This document shows positions 20,001-28,351 of a stretch of DNA of 64,000 bases, one piece after another. The stretch lies in the IMG/VR virus record IMGVR_UViG_3300045988_011398; one strand, given 5' to 3'. Below the pieces are notes generated by a model, which worked only from the letters and a program-made list of their open reading frames with translations, had not been told where the DNA came from and did not search any database. Within the stretch, counting starts at the first letter, position 1, and each line of letters opens with the position of its first letter. This DNA is from a virus. The position numbers were made by a program, and so were the translations under genes.

Positions 20001-21773
20001 CTGACATATACACTCTCTATCAGTTAGAGAGGGATATACTACTACAGGTCTTACTCTTATGTATCCCTGATTGACCAATCTATTTATTATAGATTTATCA
20101 CTCAGTGTATAAGATGCAACAGGCAGATACACACTTGAACCACTTATATAACTACATTGAACATGTTGTGTATTCCTTACATCATTAATCCATATTGGTT
20201 CTGACCACTTTCCACTTACATGCTGGAACTGAACACCAAACCTATATGTCTCCAAATATTTGAAAGTCTTAATCTTGTATGAGTTAAGCTTTAATTGGTT
20301 ATCATAAGGATAATATCCCAATGGCTGTGGTGGGGTTAGATATTTTGTTGGGTAGCCTACACTTGTAAATGTAACTGTCTTACCTCTGAAGAAGTTTCTT
20401 ACTGTACTGTCTATCAACTTTCTCTTCAAAGTTATGTCACCTAAGAACAATGTATTATCTTTTTGAGCCATTGTTCCAAATACCACTTCTTCTCCTCCAA
20501 CATACAGTAATTCCGTAGGGTCTATAGTATCTCCTGATGTTCCATTGTCTGTATAAGATACTTTGCCCTTTGTATATAGATAAGTAGTCATCTCTGTTCT
20601 ATCTGTGTAATATATAATCGCAGTACCTCTACTTGTTACACTTATATACGCAGTTTTACTTCCATTTATATACATATAATCTCTATCTGGAAATCTAATG
20701 TATCTATAAGCAGAGCCTGCAAGATTCCAAGAATTTACAGAAGGGGAAGTTGAGTCTGGTGTTATTGATGATAGTGGAACATATGCACCTTGTGATATGT
20801 TATATACTTCAATATTATCAGCAATAGCATACTTATTCCATTCTGTCATAGAATATGTAGTAGCTCCAGCAGGAGGAGCCAAATCTACCACTCTTTTAAC
20901 TGTAGGCACAGCATCTATTGAAGTCCTGTATATTGAGTATATCCTTATATAGTCAAAACTTTTATCAACATTATCTATTACAATACTGAAGCTATTTCCA
21001 ACTTTATCTTCTGGACTTGCCCCTCTATTATTGTAAGATATATAGTATAATGGGGATGTATAAAATATATTACTCTCCTGTCCATATTTATCAAAATATG
21101 TAAAAGCATATTGTATAACTCCCGGACTGAATGTACCATTTGCCACAATATTTCTATCTATTGTAATAGTCTCTTGCAGCTTTAGTTTTCTTGTAAAGTT
21201 AAATGAGTTATCATTCCATTTACTAATCACATCTGAAGCTGCTGCAACATTAATAACTCTTGGTTGATTAAGCCCATCTGTCCAATATATCTTTTTTATT
21301 TCTTGGTTTTCATAGAAGGATATAGTCTCAATAGGGTATCTGTAATCAAAGTCAAGCTGACCTCTATATATTCTTGTGCCAGATAAAGTAGTGCCATTGA
21401 ACCATAGCTTATATATTCTGTCATCTATGTCACTATCTATATCAATAGTAAACTCCTCACTTGTAATATTATCAACTGTATCAACAGTTGGAGTAATATC
21501 TTCTACTGTCCTTGCAGTGTCATCCCCAGCAGTGAATATGATAAGCTCATCATCTATTAGGGCTTGTCCAATAGGTATTCCCTTCAAAGAACTGCCAATA
21601 CCACTTATATTTGCAAGTTTATTACCCTTTTCATTTACTATACTAAGCAGAGTACTCTCATCAGTAGGCATAATTCTGACATTCTTATTCTCATAAGCAT
21701 ACTCAGGATTAAATGCTGAGGCACTCAAGTCTCTCTGCATTCCTTTCACTTTGAATTGAATTTGCTTCTGCAT
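17025..21773 (-). CDS. Large tail structural protein (1582 aa), possibly the tail hub/muzzle-type protein of crAss-like phages
   Basis: Size, and position between connector-like genes and cargo-like genes. Beta-rich, Trp/Tyr/Asn-rich composition typical of tail proteins. Assignment is by synteny recollection only. Confidence 0.5.
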   Translation of the reverse strand: MQKQIQFKVKGMQRDLSASAFNPEYAYENKNVRIMPTDESTLLSIVNEKGNKLANISGIGSSLKGIPIGQALIDDELIIFTAGDDTARTVEDITPTVDTVDNITSEEFTIDIDSDIDDRIYKLWFNGTTLSGTRIYRGQLDFDYRYPIETISFYENQEIKKIYWTDGLNQPRVINVAAASDVISKWNDNSFNFTRKLKLQETITIDRNIVANGTFSPGVIQYAFTYFDKYGQESNIFYTSPLYYISYNNRGASPEDKVGNSFSIVIDNVDKSFDYIRIYSIYRTSIDAVPTVKRVVDLAPPAGATTYSMTEWNKYAIADNIEVYNISQGAYVPLSSITPDSTSPSVNSWNLAGSAYRYIRFPDRDYMYINGSKTAYISVTSRGTAIIYYTDRTEMTTYLYTKGKVSYTDNGTSGDTIDPTELLYVGGEEVVFGTMAQKDNTLFLGDITLKRKLIDSTVRNFFRGKTVTFTSVGYPTKYLTPPQPLGYYPYDNQLKLNSYKIKTFKYLETYRFGVQFQHVSGKWSEPIWINDVRNTQHVQCSYISGSSVYLPVASYTLSDKSIINRLVNQGYIRVRPVVVYPSLTDRECICQGILCPTVFNVGDRQGNSPFAQSSWFIRANAPFDEYKAHHYTQDSSGKWGGDWWDRENGPLHDPTPNSRAGVMSNSRTNVNYDGTPFIMELPNKGAWAEFRHLHPIPSNSERNAEIQCIWNPPSKPSVSDTASEADVNAWVSQNAENFYIDQSIVTLHSPDIEFDNNVRSIDTSGLQLRIVGMVPLTAFIGDIDIQTSTPANNYYDSSEVAPGFYKEPVSSENISRFGWRGLMSGGFWFDELSDYKKDTGNSNHYTTGFVVYPFHRNGSLNNKKWATDGYRPAMLDKKKISNMRFSYNTYFLDSGSVYNFYREGSGYKTGVSGIVVFDSDEVSLVRLPAQKNSGLGDINYYGNVDKIINISRIGDKKEGYPIMTTGVQNADTNAHSLFSGNYIQIDGRFTDQVTGVDPVRMKYKSTPHAVIALNFTENHYQCILPTIKDGDISYPSTTELWNVNVAGSISSGQHAFWDKNKVCAGTYQSILDIPLSNLNGSFNGYSIEYGWLWLGEIYNPEVTNRFGGQTEEAFENNQWLPCGDPVSLINDTNGVKSSVAITWTEGDTYYQRYDHLKTYPFTLEDQNAITDIVSFMCETRVNIDGRYDRNRGQTNNFAVTPTNFNLMNDVYSQQNNFFNYRTVNPNKLNLDNFHNSITWTKTKTAGELIDTWTNITLASTLDLDGDKGDVRAIRRFNNTLIAFQDRGISQILYNENMQITSTEGVPIEIANSGKVNGKRYLSDKIGCANKWSMCETSNGIYFIDDTTKGIFLFNGKLDNLSDRLGFHSWINAKSTGINIWNPVDFNGFVTYYDKVNGDVFFISKDECLAFSEPVAQFTSFYSYEHMPYFINLEDRGIALNTAKGGTIYKAWLHNEGNYNMFFNKYQPFYTTVIANPDMPEDKIFNNIEFRADSWNGSTLLNTTFDTLTTWNEYQTGTATLNNILGRPSELKKKFRIWRANIPRASTNGRDRMRNPWLYIKLSMEGENTNKTVLHDMIVHYFE

Positions 21774-21776
21774 AGC

Positions 21777-22469
21777 TTATTGTAATTTTAATCTTTCCTT
21801 TGTACCATTGTTTCTGAACCCTGTTCTGTGTTCAGTATCTCTAAGTAATAGAGTCCTCCATGAATTATAGAATGACTCTGCCTTGTCAATAGACAATCTA
21901 TTAAATTCAGTCTGGCAATCACCAACTGCCCAAGCATACTCCTGTTGCACATTCTGTAACACAGCAGGATTTATCTTTCCTAAATCAAACAGTATTGTGA
22001 ACCACTGTTTCTTAATATACAGCTCCAATGCTCTTGTGAAACTACTATTGTCAGGAAGAAGAGGATAGCCTTCTGAGTCTGTAGCAATAGCTTCATAGGA
22101 CAGCTCAATCTCTCCCTTTTCAATAGAAGTGTATATCATATTGCCTTGAATCTTATATGTCAAATCAGCAAGTTCTCTGCCACAATTACCCTTACATTCA
22201 CTCATATGAAATGAGTCTGAAGAATATCTAAAGGCTGGTCCACCTGCTTTTCTGACTTGAATCATCTGATAGTAATCACAAGGAAGCATGGCTCTATACT
22301 TTTCAACTTCTACTATCTCTGTTTTCTCCATGAACATATTAGGAACACCTACTATTCTCATGAAATCTACAGTATAGTCAATAGCAGTCTCAAGAGATAT
22401 ATCCTGCATAAGAGGATGTCTCATTATCTTATCCAAGATAAGTCTTACATTTGTATATTGTTCTGCCAT
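21777..22469 (-). CDS. Hypothetical structural-module protein (230 aa)
   Basis: ORF packed 3 nt from the downstream gene. No motif recognised. Confidence 0.55.
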   Translation of the reverse strand: MAEQYTNVRLILDKIMRHPLMQDISLETAIDYTVDFMRIVGVPNMFMEKTEIVEVEKYRAMLPCDYYQMIQVRKAGGPAFRYSSDSFHMSECKGNCGRELADLTYKIQGNMIYTSIEKGEIELSYEAIATDSEGYPLLPDNSSFTRALELYIKKQWFTILFDLGKINPAVLQNVQQEYAWAVGDCQTEFNRLSIDKAESFYNSWRTLLLRDTEHRTGFRNNGTKERLKLQ

Positions 22470-22480
22470 ATTTGAATAGT

Positions 22481-23047
22481 TTATATTGTGAAAGCATCTA
22501 ACTTTCCTTCTTTAATATTCTGTTTTAATCTTCTCTTTAACTCTCTATTAACATCAAATTGATAGAAAGTCTTGTTAGTAAACTCTGCTACATTTCTATT
22601 GTAGTAGACTTTATATATCTCTTTCTCCTCGACTTTAATGAGTGTTTTATTCTTATAGGATTCCTCGTCTTCATACCAGAGCTTGAGAGTCCTATCCCAA
22701 TCAATGGGCAAATTAGTTCTGATTTTCTTACCATGTACAGTTATTCTTGCTTCATATTTTCTTATCTCAAGTCTACCCAGTCTATGTGGCAAAGTAATAT
22801 CTTCTCCATTTATTAATGCTTCACCAAGCAATTCATTTACTCTTCTAATAATAGAGAAGTATTGTGACTCAGTAAGTACATACTTATGCTCTTTAGGTCT
22901 ATTCTTTCTGTAGTACTTAAAACCATCATAGACTCCATAAGAGTTCTTCACTTTATGTGTTCTTGGTTCATTAACCCTCTTAATAGAATTAATGAACCCC
23001 AAGAACCCTTTATCTAACTCTTCCTGACAATGTTTTATCTCTCCCAT
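22481..23047 (-). CDS. Possible HU/IHF-fold DNA-binding protein (188 aa)
   Basis: Segment IIRRVNELLGEALINGEDITLPHRLGRLEIRKYEARITVHGKKI resembles the HU/IHF helix-helix-beta-arm pattern. crAss-like structural modules are known to carry an IHF-like gene. Weak by-eye call. Confidence 0.35.
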   Translation of the reverse strand: MGEIKHCQEELDKGFLGFINSIKRVNEPRTHKVKNSYGVYDGFKYYRKNRPKEHKYVLTESQYFSIIRRVNELLGEALINGEDITLPHRLGRLEIRKYEARITVHGKKIRTNLPIDWDRTLKLWYEDEESYKNKTLIKVEEKEIYKVYYNRNVAEFTNKTFYQFDVNRELKRRLKQNIKEGKLDAFTI

Positions 23048-23053
23048 ATTTCA

Positions 23054-23746
23054 TTATTTCCTTGTCAGCTTATTCACCAAATCATCTTTAGCATTATTTT
23101 CCTCATCATCAGGCTTATAAACTGGTCCAGCAAGCTCCTTTACTACAAGCTCAATTAATGGTGGAACCAGTGCATCCTCAATAGGGAATGTCCTGTCTAC
23201 AGGGTCACATATAGTCTCACCATTATCATCTGGGCATTGTAAATCAGATGCTTGCATAGAGTCCTGAAATATACCTGTAAACTTGGCTTTCTCAAGATAC
23301 AGATATTGGGGATTGAATGACTTGAAATACAGGTAATTATCAGGTCCTATTGAACAATATATTATATTCTGTAGGAACTTATTGTAACCTACATATCTCA
23401 TTCTATCTCTACTTACATAGGTAATTTCCCCTTGATAGTAGTCAAGAGGATATACTCTTGGAGTACCTATCTGCATTAAGAATGGAATCTTCTCCTTACT
23501 TCTTAGGTATGTACCCCCCTCACAAGGTTCTCCTGATATGGCAGGTACTTGTATAAGGTCAAGGCAAATAGTCTGATAATTACTCTCAGGTATCTGCTTC
23601 TTAATATCTGAGTACCTCTGCTTCAATAGGAAAGTTCTGTACTTATTTAGTAGAAACATTACATGGTCTTCAGTGAATTGTGCATCATCAGATGACAGTT
23701 TCAATTCATCAAGTACCATATAGGTTAATTCTTTATATGTGCTCAT
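23054..23746 (-). CDS. Hypothetical structural-module protein (230 aa)
   Basis: ORF with its own promoter box at 23783-23790. No motif recognised. Confidence 0.55.
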   Translation of the reverse strand: MSTYKELTYMVLDELKLSSDDAQFTEDHVMFLLNKYRTFLLKQRYSDIKKQIPESNYQTICLDLIQVPAISGEPCEGGTYLRSKEKIPFLMQIGTPRVYPLDYYQGEITYVSRDRMRYVGYNKFLQNIIYCSIGPDNYLYFKSFNPQYLYLEKAKFTGIFQDSMQASDLQCPDDNGETICDPVDRTFPIEDALVPPLIELVVKELAGPVYKPDDEENNAKDDLVNKLTRK

Positions 23747-23782
23747 ATCTTTACTATTAGTTATAACTAAAAATCCTCACTG

Positions 23783-23816
23783 CAAAGATAAGCAAAATAT
23801 ATCTAAGCAGCAAGGA
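23783..23816 (-). promoter_or_regulatory. Bacteroidetes-type promoter (-7 TATCTTTG)
   Basis: Gene-sense TTTGCTTATCTTTGCAGTG. TTGC at about -33 (plus gcagcaagg at 23808-23816). 37 nt upstream of the ATG at 23746. Confidence 0.6.
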
Positions 23817-23853
23817 TTTTACTATTTTTCTGTCAGTAGTATTAGTTTAATTG

Positions 23854-24129
23854 TTATACAGTTCTACCACTACAGGTTACAGAGGCATTTGATATATACT
23901 CTGGATAAGGTATTAAGCAAGTAGAACCATATAGACAATATAGTGACTTATGAATGGTCATATACTCCTCTTCAGTTATAAATGACTTGCAGTCACTATC
24001 CAATAGCTCTTGTATGAATATAAGCATTAGAAGTCTATCAACATCTGCATAACTCTTATATCCAAACTTTGACAAGGCATTGAAATACCTTTCAAGTGAT
24101 GTATTAACCAATTCCTCCATAACAACCAC
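23854..24129 (-). CDS. Hypothetical protein (91 aa)
   Basis: ORF overlapping the upstream gene end by 26 nt, inside the structural operon. Confidence 0.45.
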   Translation of the reverse strand: MVVMEELVNTSLERYFNALSKFGYKSYADVDRLLMLIFIQELLDSDCKSFITEEEYMTIHKSLYCLYGSTCLIPYPEYISNASVTCSGRTV

Positions 24130-24667
24130 ATTTACTTGTTACCACATCCTTTTTAAGACCTCTGAAGAACTTCTCCCAATACTTTATTGCTTGGGTATAA
24201 TGACCTGTTCTAACTGCAAGTTGAAGTGCTTTCAACTGTAATATGAAATTGATGAATCCTTTAGGAGTGGCACACTCTTTTTCCAATTCCTTGATATAAC
24301 CAAAGGCTTGTTGGTACAAAGGATATAGTGCTATCACAACCCCAAGGGTTAGTATATTATCTTCACCACAAGGTGTACTTATAGCAGGTGTACCCTTTGT
24401 TTTAACCCATACAAAGAACATGTTGTCAAGAAGAGATGGTAATAGGTCTCCTATCCCAAGTTCTAATCTTACAGTTTTATTATCTCCTGCAAGTGTGTTT
24501 GTGTATGCTACATTACTACTTGGACCACTATCAATAAAAGTATCTTGAGTGTCTATTGATATAGTATCAATGTACACATTTTCATAGTACACAGAGCCCT
24601 TTACAGATACATCAATTATAAGCTTAGTGCCTTCAGGATTGATTCTTAACTCATTAAATTGTACCAT
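24104..24667 (-). CDS. Hypothetical structural-module protein (187 aa)
   Basis: ORF following a terminator hairpin. No motif recognised. Confidence 0.55.
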   Translation of the reverse strand: MVQFNELRINPEGTKLIIDVSVKGSVYYENVYIDTISIDTQDTFIDSGPSSNVAYTNTLAGDNKTVRLELGIGDLLPSLLDNMFFVWVKTKGTPAISTPCGEDNILTLGVVIALYPLYQQAFGYIKELEKECATPKGFINFILQLKALQLAVRTGHYTQAIKYWEKFFRGLKKDVVTSKCGCYGGIG

Positions 24668-24688
24668 AGTATCTTATTTATAAAATAA

Positions 24689-24713
24689 AAGGGAGACTTT
24701 GTAGGTCTCCCTT
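24689..24713 (-). terminator. Intrinsic terminator after the 349-aa gene
   Basis: Stem AAGGGAGAC / GTCTCCCTT with a 6-nt loop and a T-run in the minus sense. Confidence 0.7.
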
Positions 24714-24727
24714 CATTGGTTTTATCT

Positions 24728-25777
24728 TTAGTCACCAGCAGAAGCATCCAATGCTTTAATTGATAGACCAGTAGCAGTGTTGATTGCTGAAATAATGTCA
24801 TTAGCCAGATTGTTGCTTGCTTGATTATTAGCACCAATCTTAGGAACTACAATAGTAATATCCTTCTCTGACTTCTGAACTGACTCATTAGGACCTACAT
24901 AGGCATAATGAATATCAATAACATTGTACTTGCTATCAGGATTAACAAGATACTTGGTTCTGATTACATTAGGGAATCCTACCATTCTGTAAACATCACC
25001 TCTTTCACCCATGCAGAAGTACTCAAGGTCTGCAATCTTGTGACCATCAGGAATGCTGCTTGTAGAAGCAACTTGCTTTACAGTACCCCAGATTCTCTCA
25101 TCACCATTAGCAGTGATTGTGTCAGGCTGTAGTGTAAAATTCACAGGAGTCTGTTCCATTACACCAAGAATCCACTCTTGAGGTGCTTCCTCAATTACAA
25201 TACCAGTATAAGTACCAGTCAAAGTACTTTCCTTAGTATCTTTAGTTACCTCTGTAGGTGTACCTGCTACAGTACCTGCATCTGTACCTCCTGTTTCAAG
25301 ATAGAACTTCAATAGACCTTCCTCTTCTCTGCTGAAGTTCTTTACTAAAGATAGAGCAAGAGTCTTGTAGAAATCTGAAGCAGTCATACCTGCAACTGCA
25401 TGAACCATACCATACTTGAAGTATTGGTCTTCCTCTGACAAGCCAATGTAGTTTCTGAAAGCAATTCTCAAGATGTAATCTTGACCTGCTACAGGAGCCC
25501 CACCATTGACACTTGCATCAAGAGTTAACTTGTACTTAGCTAAGTCATGTGCCAAGTCATCAGCATCAGTTGCCTTTGCATACAAGATGTTCTTGATGTC
25601 AATCAAATCACTTCTTGTCATGCCACCAGCACCCATATACTCAAAGTACAGATGAGTCTTAGCTGTATCAGCCTTTACTGCAATAGAGCCTGCTGCATCA
25701 GTTGTAATCACATTAGGAGTTTTTAATGCTTCTGCTACATAAAGCTGTCTTACTTGATTTGTACTAAATGTTGCCAT
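24728..25777 (-). CDS. Probable abundant virion protein (349 aa)
   Basis: ORF immediately followed by a strong terminator, as seen for the MCP. Ala/Gly/Thr-rich beta-type composition. Function not recognised. Confidence 0.5.
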   Translation of the reverse strand: MATFSTNQVRQLYVAEALKTPNVITTDAAGSIAVKADTAKTHLYFEYMGAGGMTRSDLIDIKNILYAKATDADDLAHDLAKYKLTLDASVNGGAPVAGQDYILRIAFRNYIGLSEEDQYFKYGMVHAVAGMTASDFYKTLALSLVKNFSREEEGLLKFYLETGGTDAGTVAGTPTEVTKDTKESTLTGTYTGIVIEEAPQEWILGVMEQTPVNFTLQPDTITANGDERIWGTVKQVASTSSIPDGHKIADLEYFCMGERGDVYRMVGFPNVIRTKYLVNPDSKYNVIDIHYAYVGPNESVQKSEKDITIVVPKIGANNQASNNLANDIISAINTATGLSIKALDASAGD

Positions 25778-25809
25778 TTTAATTTAATATTAAATTATAC
25801 AATTGTTTG

Positions 25810-26520
25810 TTACTTACCTGCACTTGGAGCTTTACTGAGGATAGCCAATTTGACTGCCTTTTCAAGTATTGCCCTGTGTATTACAGGATTCAATTTACAT
25901 TCTGTTTTCTCACTTATCTTATTGATAGATAAGTTATCAGGTAAATCAGTCAGTATAATAGGGTCAGGTCTTGCAATGTATCTCACAAGATACCTGTCTA
26001 TATTATACTCTGATACTATTTCTACTATCCCATTACCATTGTCCAATCTTAATGCTCTTCTCTTATTTGAGCCTCTAAAAGGATTACCAGATATTCTGAA
26101 ATAGTCATCTTGTGAAATAGGTATCACTGATATTTCCTCTCCATTCATACATCCTAATCTACTATCTTCAAGACCAGCAGATTCATAAGTGATGAACCAT
26201 AAGTCTTCAGGTAGTTCAAAGAATATAGAAGTCTTGGATAGTCCTACATAACCTGTTTTCTTTTCAGTAGTAGTATAAGTCTTAATCAAATCACTCAAGT
26301 ATCTTCTGACTTCCTCAGTCTTCTCAAATGAGTCTCCAAGTGGATTCTTACCACTATAAAGGTCAATGACTATTTCCTCCTGTGCCTTTGTCAAGAACAC
26401 TGACTTCTCATATTCATCAAGTTCAATAGTAGAGGGATTTTCTCCTTTGCCAAACTTATCAATTACTGAATAACTGTTCAGTAAAGTGTCAAACTCATTA
26501 GAAAATTCTTCAGTTGTCAT
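25810..26520 (-). CDS. Structural-module protein (236 aa), paralog of the upstream gene
   Basis: N-terminus MTTEEFSNEFDTLLNSY...LDEYEKSVFLTKAQEEIV matches MTTQEFSNEFDVLYNNI...LDEYEKSVFLTKAQSEIL of ORF 26520-27251. The C-terminal IARPDPIILTDL vs VRRPKPIILTNL segments are also shared. Confidence 0.6.
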   Translation of the reverse strand: MTTEEFSNEFDTLLNSYSVIDKFGKGENPSTIELDEYEKSVFLTKAQEEIVIDLYSGKNPLGDSFEKTEEVRRYLSDLIKTYTTTEKKTGYVGLSKTSIFFELPEDLWFITYESAGLEDSRLGCMNGEEISVIPISQDDYFRISGNPFRGSNKRRALRLDNGNGIVEIVSEYNIDRYLVRYIARPDPIILTDLPDNLSINKISEKTECKLNPVIHRAILEKAVKLAILSKAPSAGK

Positions 26521-27251
26521 TATTCACTTCTTTGACCAAGTTCTACTATGTTCTTTATATCACCAGTATATGCTGCCTTAGCAAGTTCCACTGCTCTCTG
26601 TAGTATCTCTGGATGAAGAATTGGGTCTAACTCACATTCTGTAACAGTAGTCAATCCTTCAATACTTACATTTGAATAAGTATCTGCAAGATTAGTCAAT
26701 ATAATTGGCTTAGGTCTCCTTACATATCTTACTTTATAATCAGTAAGAGTACTGCCTGTCTTGACAATTATCTCTGAAATAAAGTCTACACCACCAGTAG
26801 ATTGGAATAATCTCCAGCCTTGATTCTTCAAAGGCTGCTTATATGGTTTTGACATTATCCTTGAATACTCATCAAAGTTAATAGGAACTATATTTATTAA
26901 CCTGTTTACTCCATCAACAGTATTAAGAGCAGTCTCATTCAACACAAACAGAATATCACTTGGCATTTGAAATAACTGACTTCTGTCATCAAACTTAACA
27001 TAAGAGCTGCCTACATAAGTAGCTGGCTTCACTGCCTTAATGAGAGTAGAAAAGTCTATCTGTCTTTTCTCACTATCATCAAATCCTTCTTGGTATTTAT
27101 TGCCCTTTGGATTGAAGTAGTTCTTCAATATCTCACTTTGGGCTTTTGTAAGAAAGACTGACTTTTCATACTCATCAAGACCCGGAGCTTGATTGCTCAT
27201 TATATTATTGTACAGAACATCAAATTCATTTGAAAATTCCTGTGTTGTCAT
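26520..27251 (-). CDS. Structural-module protein (243 aa), paralog of the downstream gene
   Basis: See ORF 25810-26520. Tandem duplicate sharing one nt between stop and start. Confidence 0.6.
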   Translation of the reverse strand: MTTQEFSNEFDVLYNNIMSNQAPGLDEYEKSVFLTKAQSEILKNYFNPKGNKYQEGFDDSEKRQIDFSTLIKAVKPATYVGSSYVKFDDRSQLFQMPSDILFVLNETALNTVDGVNRLINIVPINFDEYSRIMSKPYKQPLKNQGWRLFQSTGGVDFISEIIVKTGSTLTDYKVRYVRRPKPIILTNLADTYSNVSIEGLTTVTECELDPILHPEILQRAVELAKAAYTGDIKNIVELGQRSE

Positions 27252-27257
27252 ATTCTC

Positions 27258-28286
27258 TTATTTTAGGTTAGCTTCCAAAGCAAACTTAATGTCTTGGTGT
27301 TTTGGAGCATTAAGGTACTTAGCAGCTATATTCAATGTTGGCTCTTCATTAGCCTCACATAGAGGAGAGTTATCACTTCTCAGATATAGGTAATTACCTC
27401 TATTTGAGATTAGACCAGATTCAATGCTCTTCTTGATAAGAACCTTAGTACTTAAAAGAGGGTCTGTAATTACTCTCAAGAATATCTTGCTGTCAGCTTG
27501 GATAAGGTTATTAATCTTTGTCTGCAAGAACTCAAGTTTAGCTGAAGGAGAAGTAGGTCTACCATCAATAGACTCAATTATTACTCTTAGAGTATCAATA
27601 TCATTCTCAATCTTACCAAACTCCTTATAGCATCTCATTGTGGTGCTCATATTATCCTTAGCTGTCTTGGTCTCTTCACCTTCTGATATGATGACAAATT
27701 GATAAGTAGCCTTAGGATTATCCTGTAATGCTTGCAGTGAAGGAGCAATAAAATCCTTATTTGCCAATAGTATCTTGTATCTGATGTAATCCTCTGGGTC
27801 AGCAAGGTTAAGATAATTGTCTTGCTTAGTCAATCTCACTCTTGAGATGCCATTCTCATTACTATCATCCCAGAAGTTATCAACCTTCTTATAAATGCTA
27901 AGAGCATTGTACTCTAAGCCCATCACTTCCTCAAGGAAAGCCTTCTCTTTATCTGTAAGAACATTGACAAACATACCTGAGGACAATCTTGGAACTACAA
28001 AAGTCCTTGTAGCATTCTCAGCCATGCCTCCAAATAGAATGTGCTTAGGATTAGTAACCATGCCACCTTCCTTTGGAATATGCCTTACAATCACTCTTTC
28101 ATTTCTCAAACAGCTTACAAGGGTATCATCTTCTACTGACACAGCCTTCTTAGCTGGCTTTGAGGGTCTTGTTTTTACTTCTTCTTTTGGTACTTCTTGT
28201 AGAGGCATCTCCTGCATTGGGGTTTCATCAATATCAAAGTCAGGAGCTGTGTAATCTACTTTCTCTTCCATTTTTTCTTTTGCCAT
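27258..28286 (-). CDS. Hypothetical head-module protein (342 aa)
   Basis: First ORF after the MCP terminator. Acidic/Pro-rich N-terminus. No motif recognised. Confidence 0.55.
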   Translation of the reverse strand: MAKEKMEEKVDYTAPDFDIDETPMQEMPLQEVPKEEVKTRPSKPAKKAVSVEDDTLVSCLRNERVIVRHIPKEGGMVTNPKHILFGGMAENATRTFVVPRLSSGMFVNVLTDKEKAFLEEVMGLEYNALSIYKKVDNFWDDSNENGISRVRLTKQDNYLNLADPEDYIRYKILLANKDFIAPSLQALQDNPKATYQFVIISEGEETKTAKDNMSTTMRCYKEFGKIENDIDTLRVIIESIDGRPTSPSAKLEFLQTKINNLIQADSKIFLRVITDPLLSTKVLIKKSIESGLISNRGNYLYLRSDNSPLCEANEEPTLNIAAKYLNAPKHQDIKFALEANLK

Positions 28287-28315
28287 ATCTTCTCCTTATT
28301 TGTTTTTATAAAAAT

Positions 28316-28344
28316 AAGGGAGTAGGAGCAATTCCTACTCCCTT
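28316..28344 (-). terminator. Strong intrinsic terminator after the MCP gene
   Basis: 12-bp stem AAGGGAGTAGGA / TCCTACTCCCTT with a 5-nt loop and a T-run in the minus sense. Confidence 0.75.
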
Positions 28345-28351
28345 TGTATCA

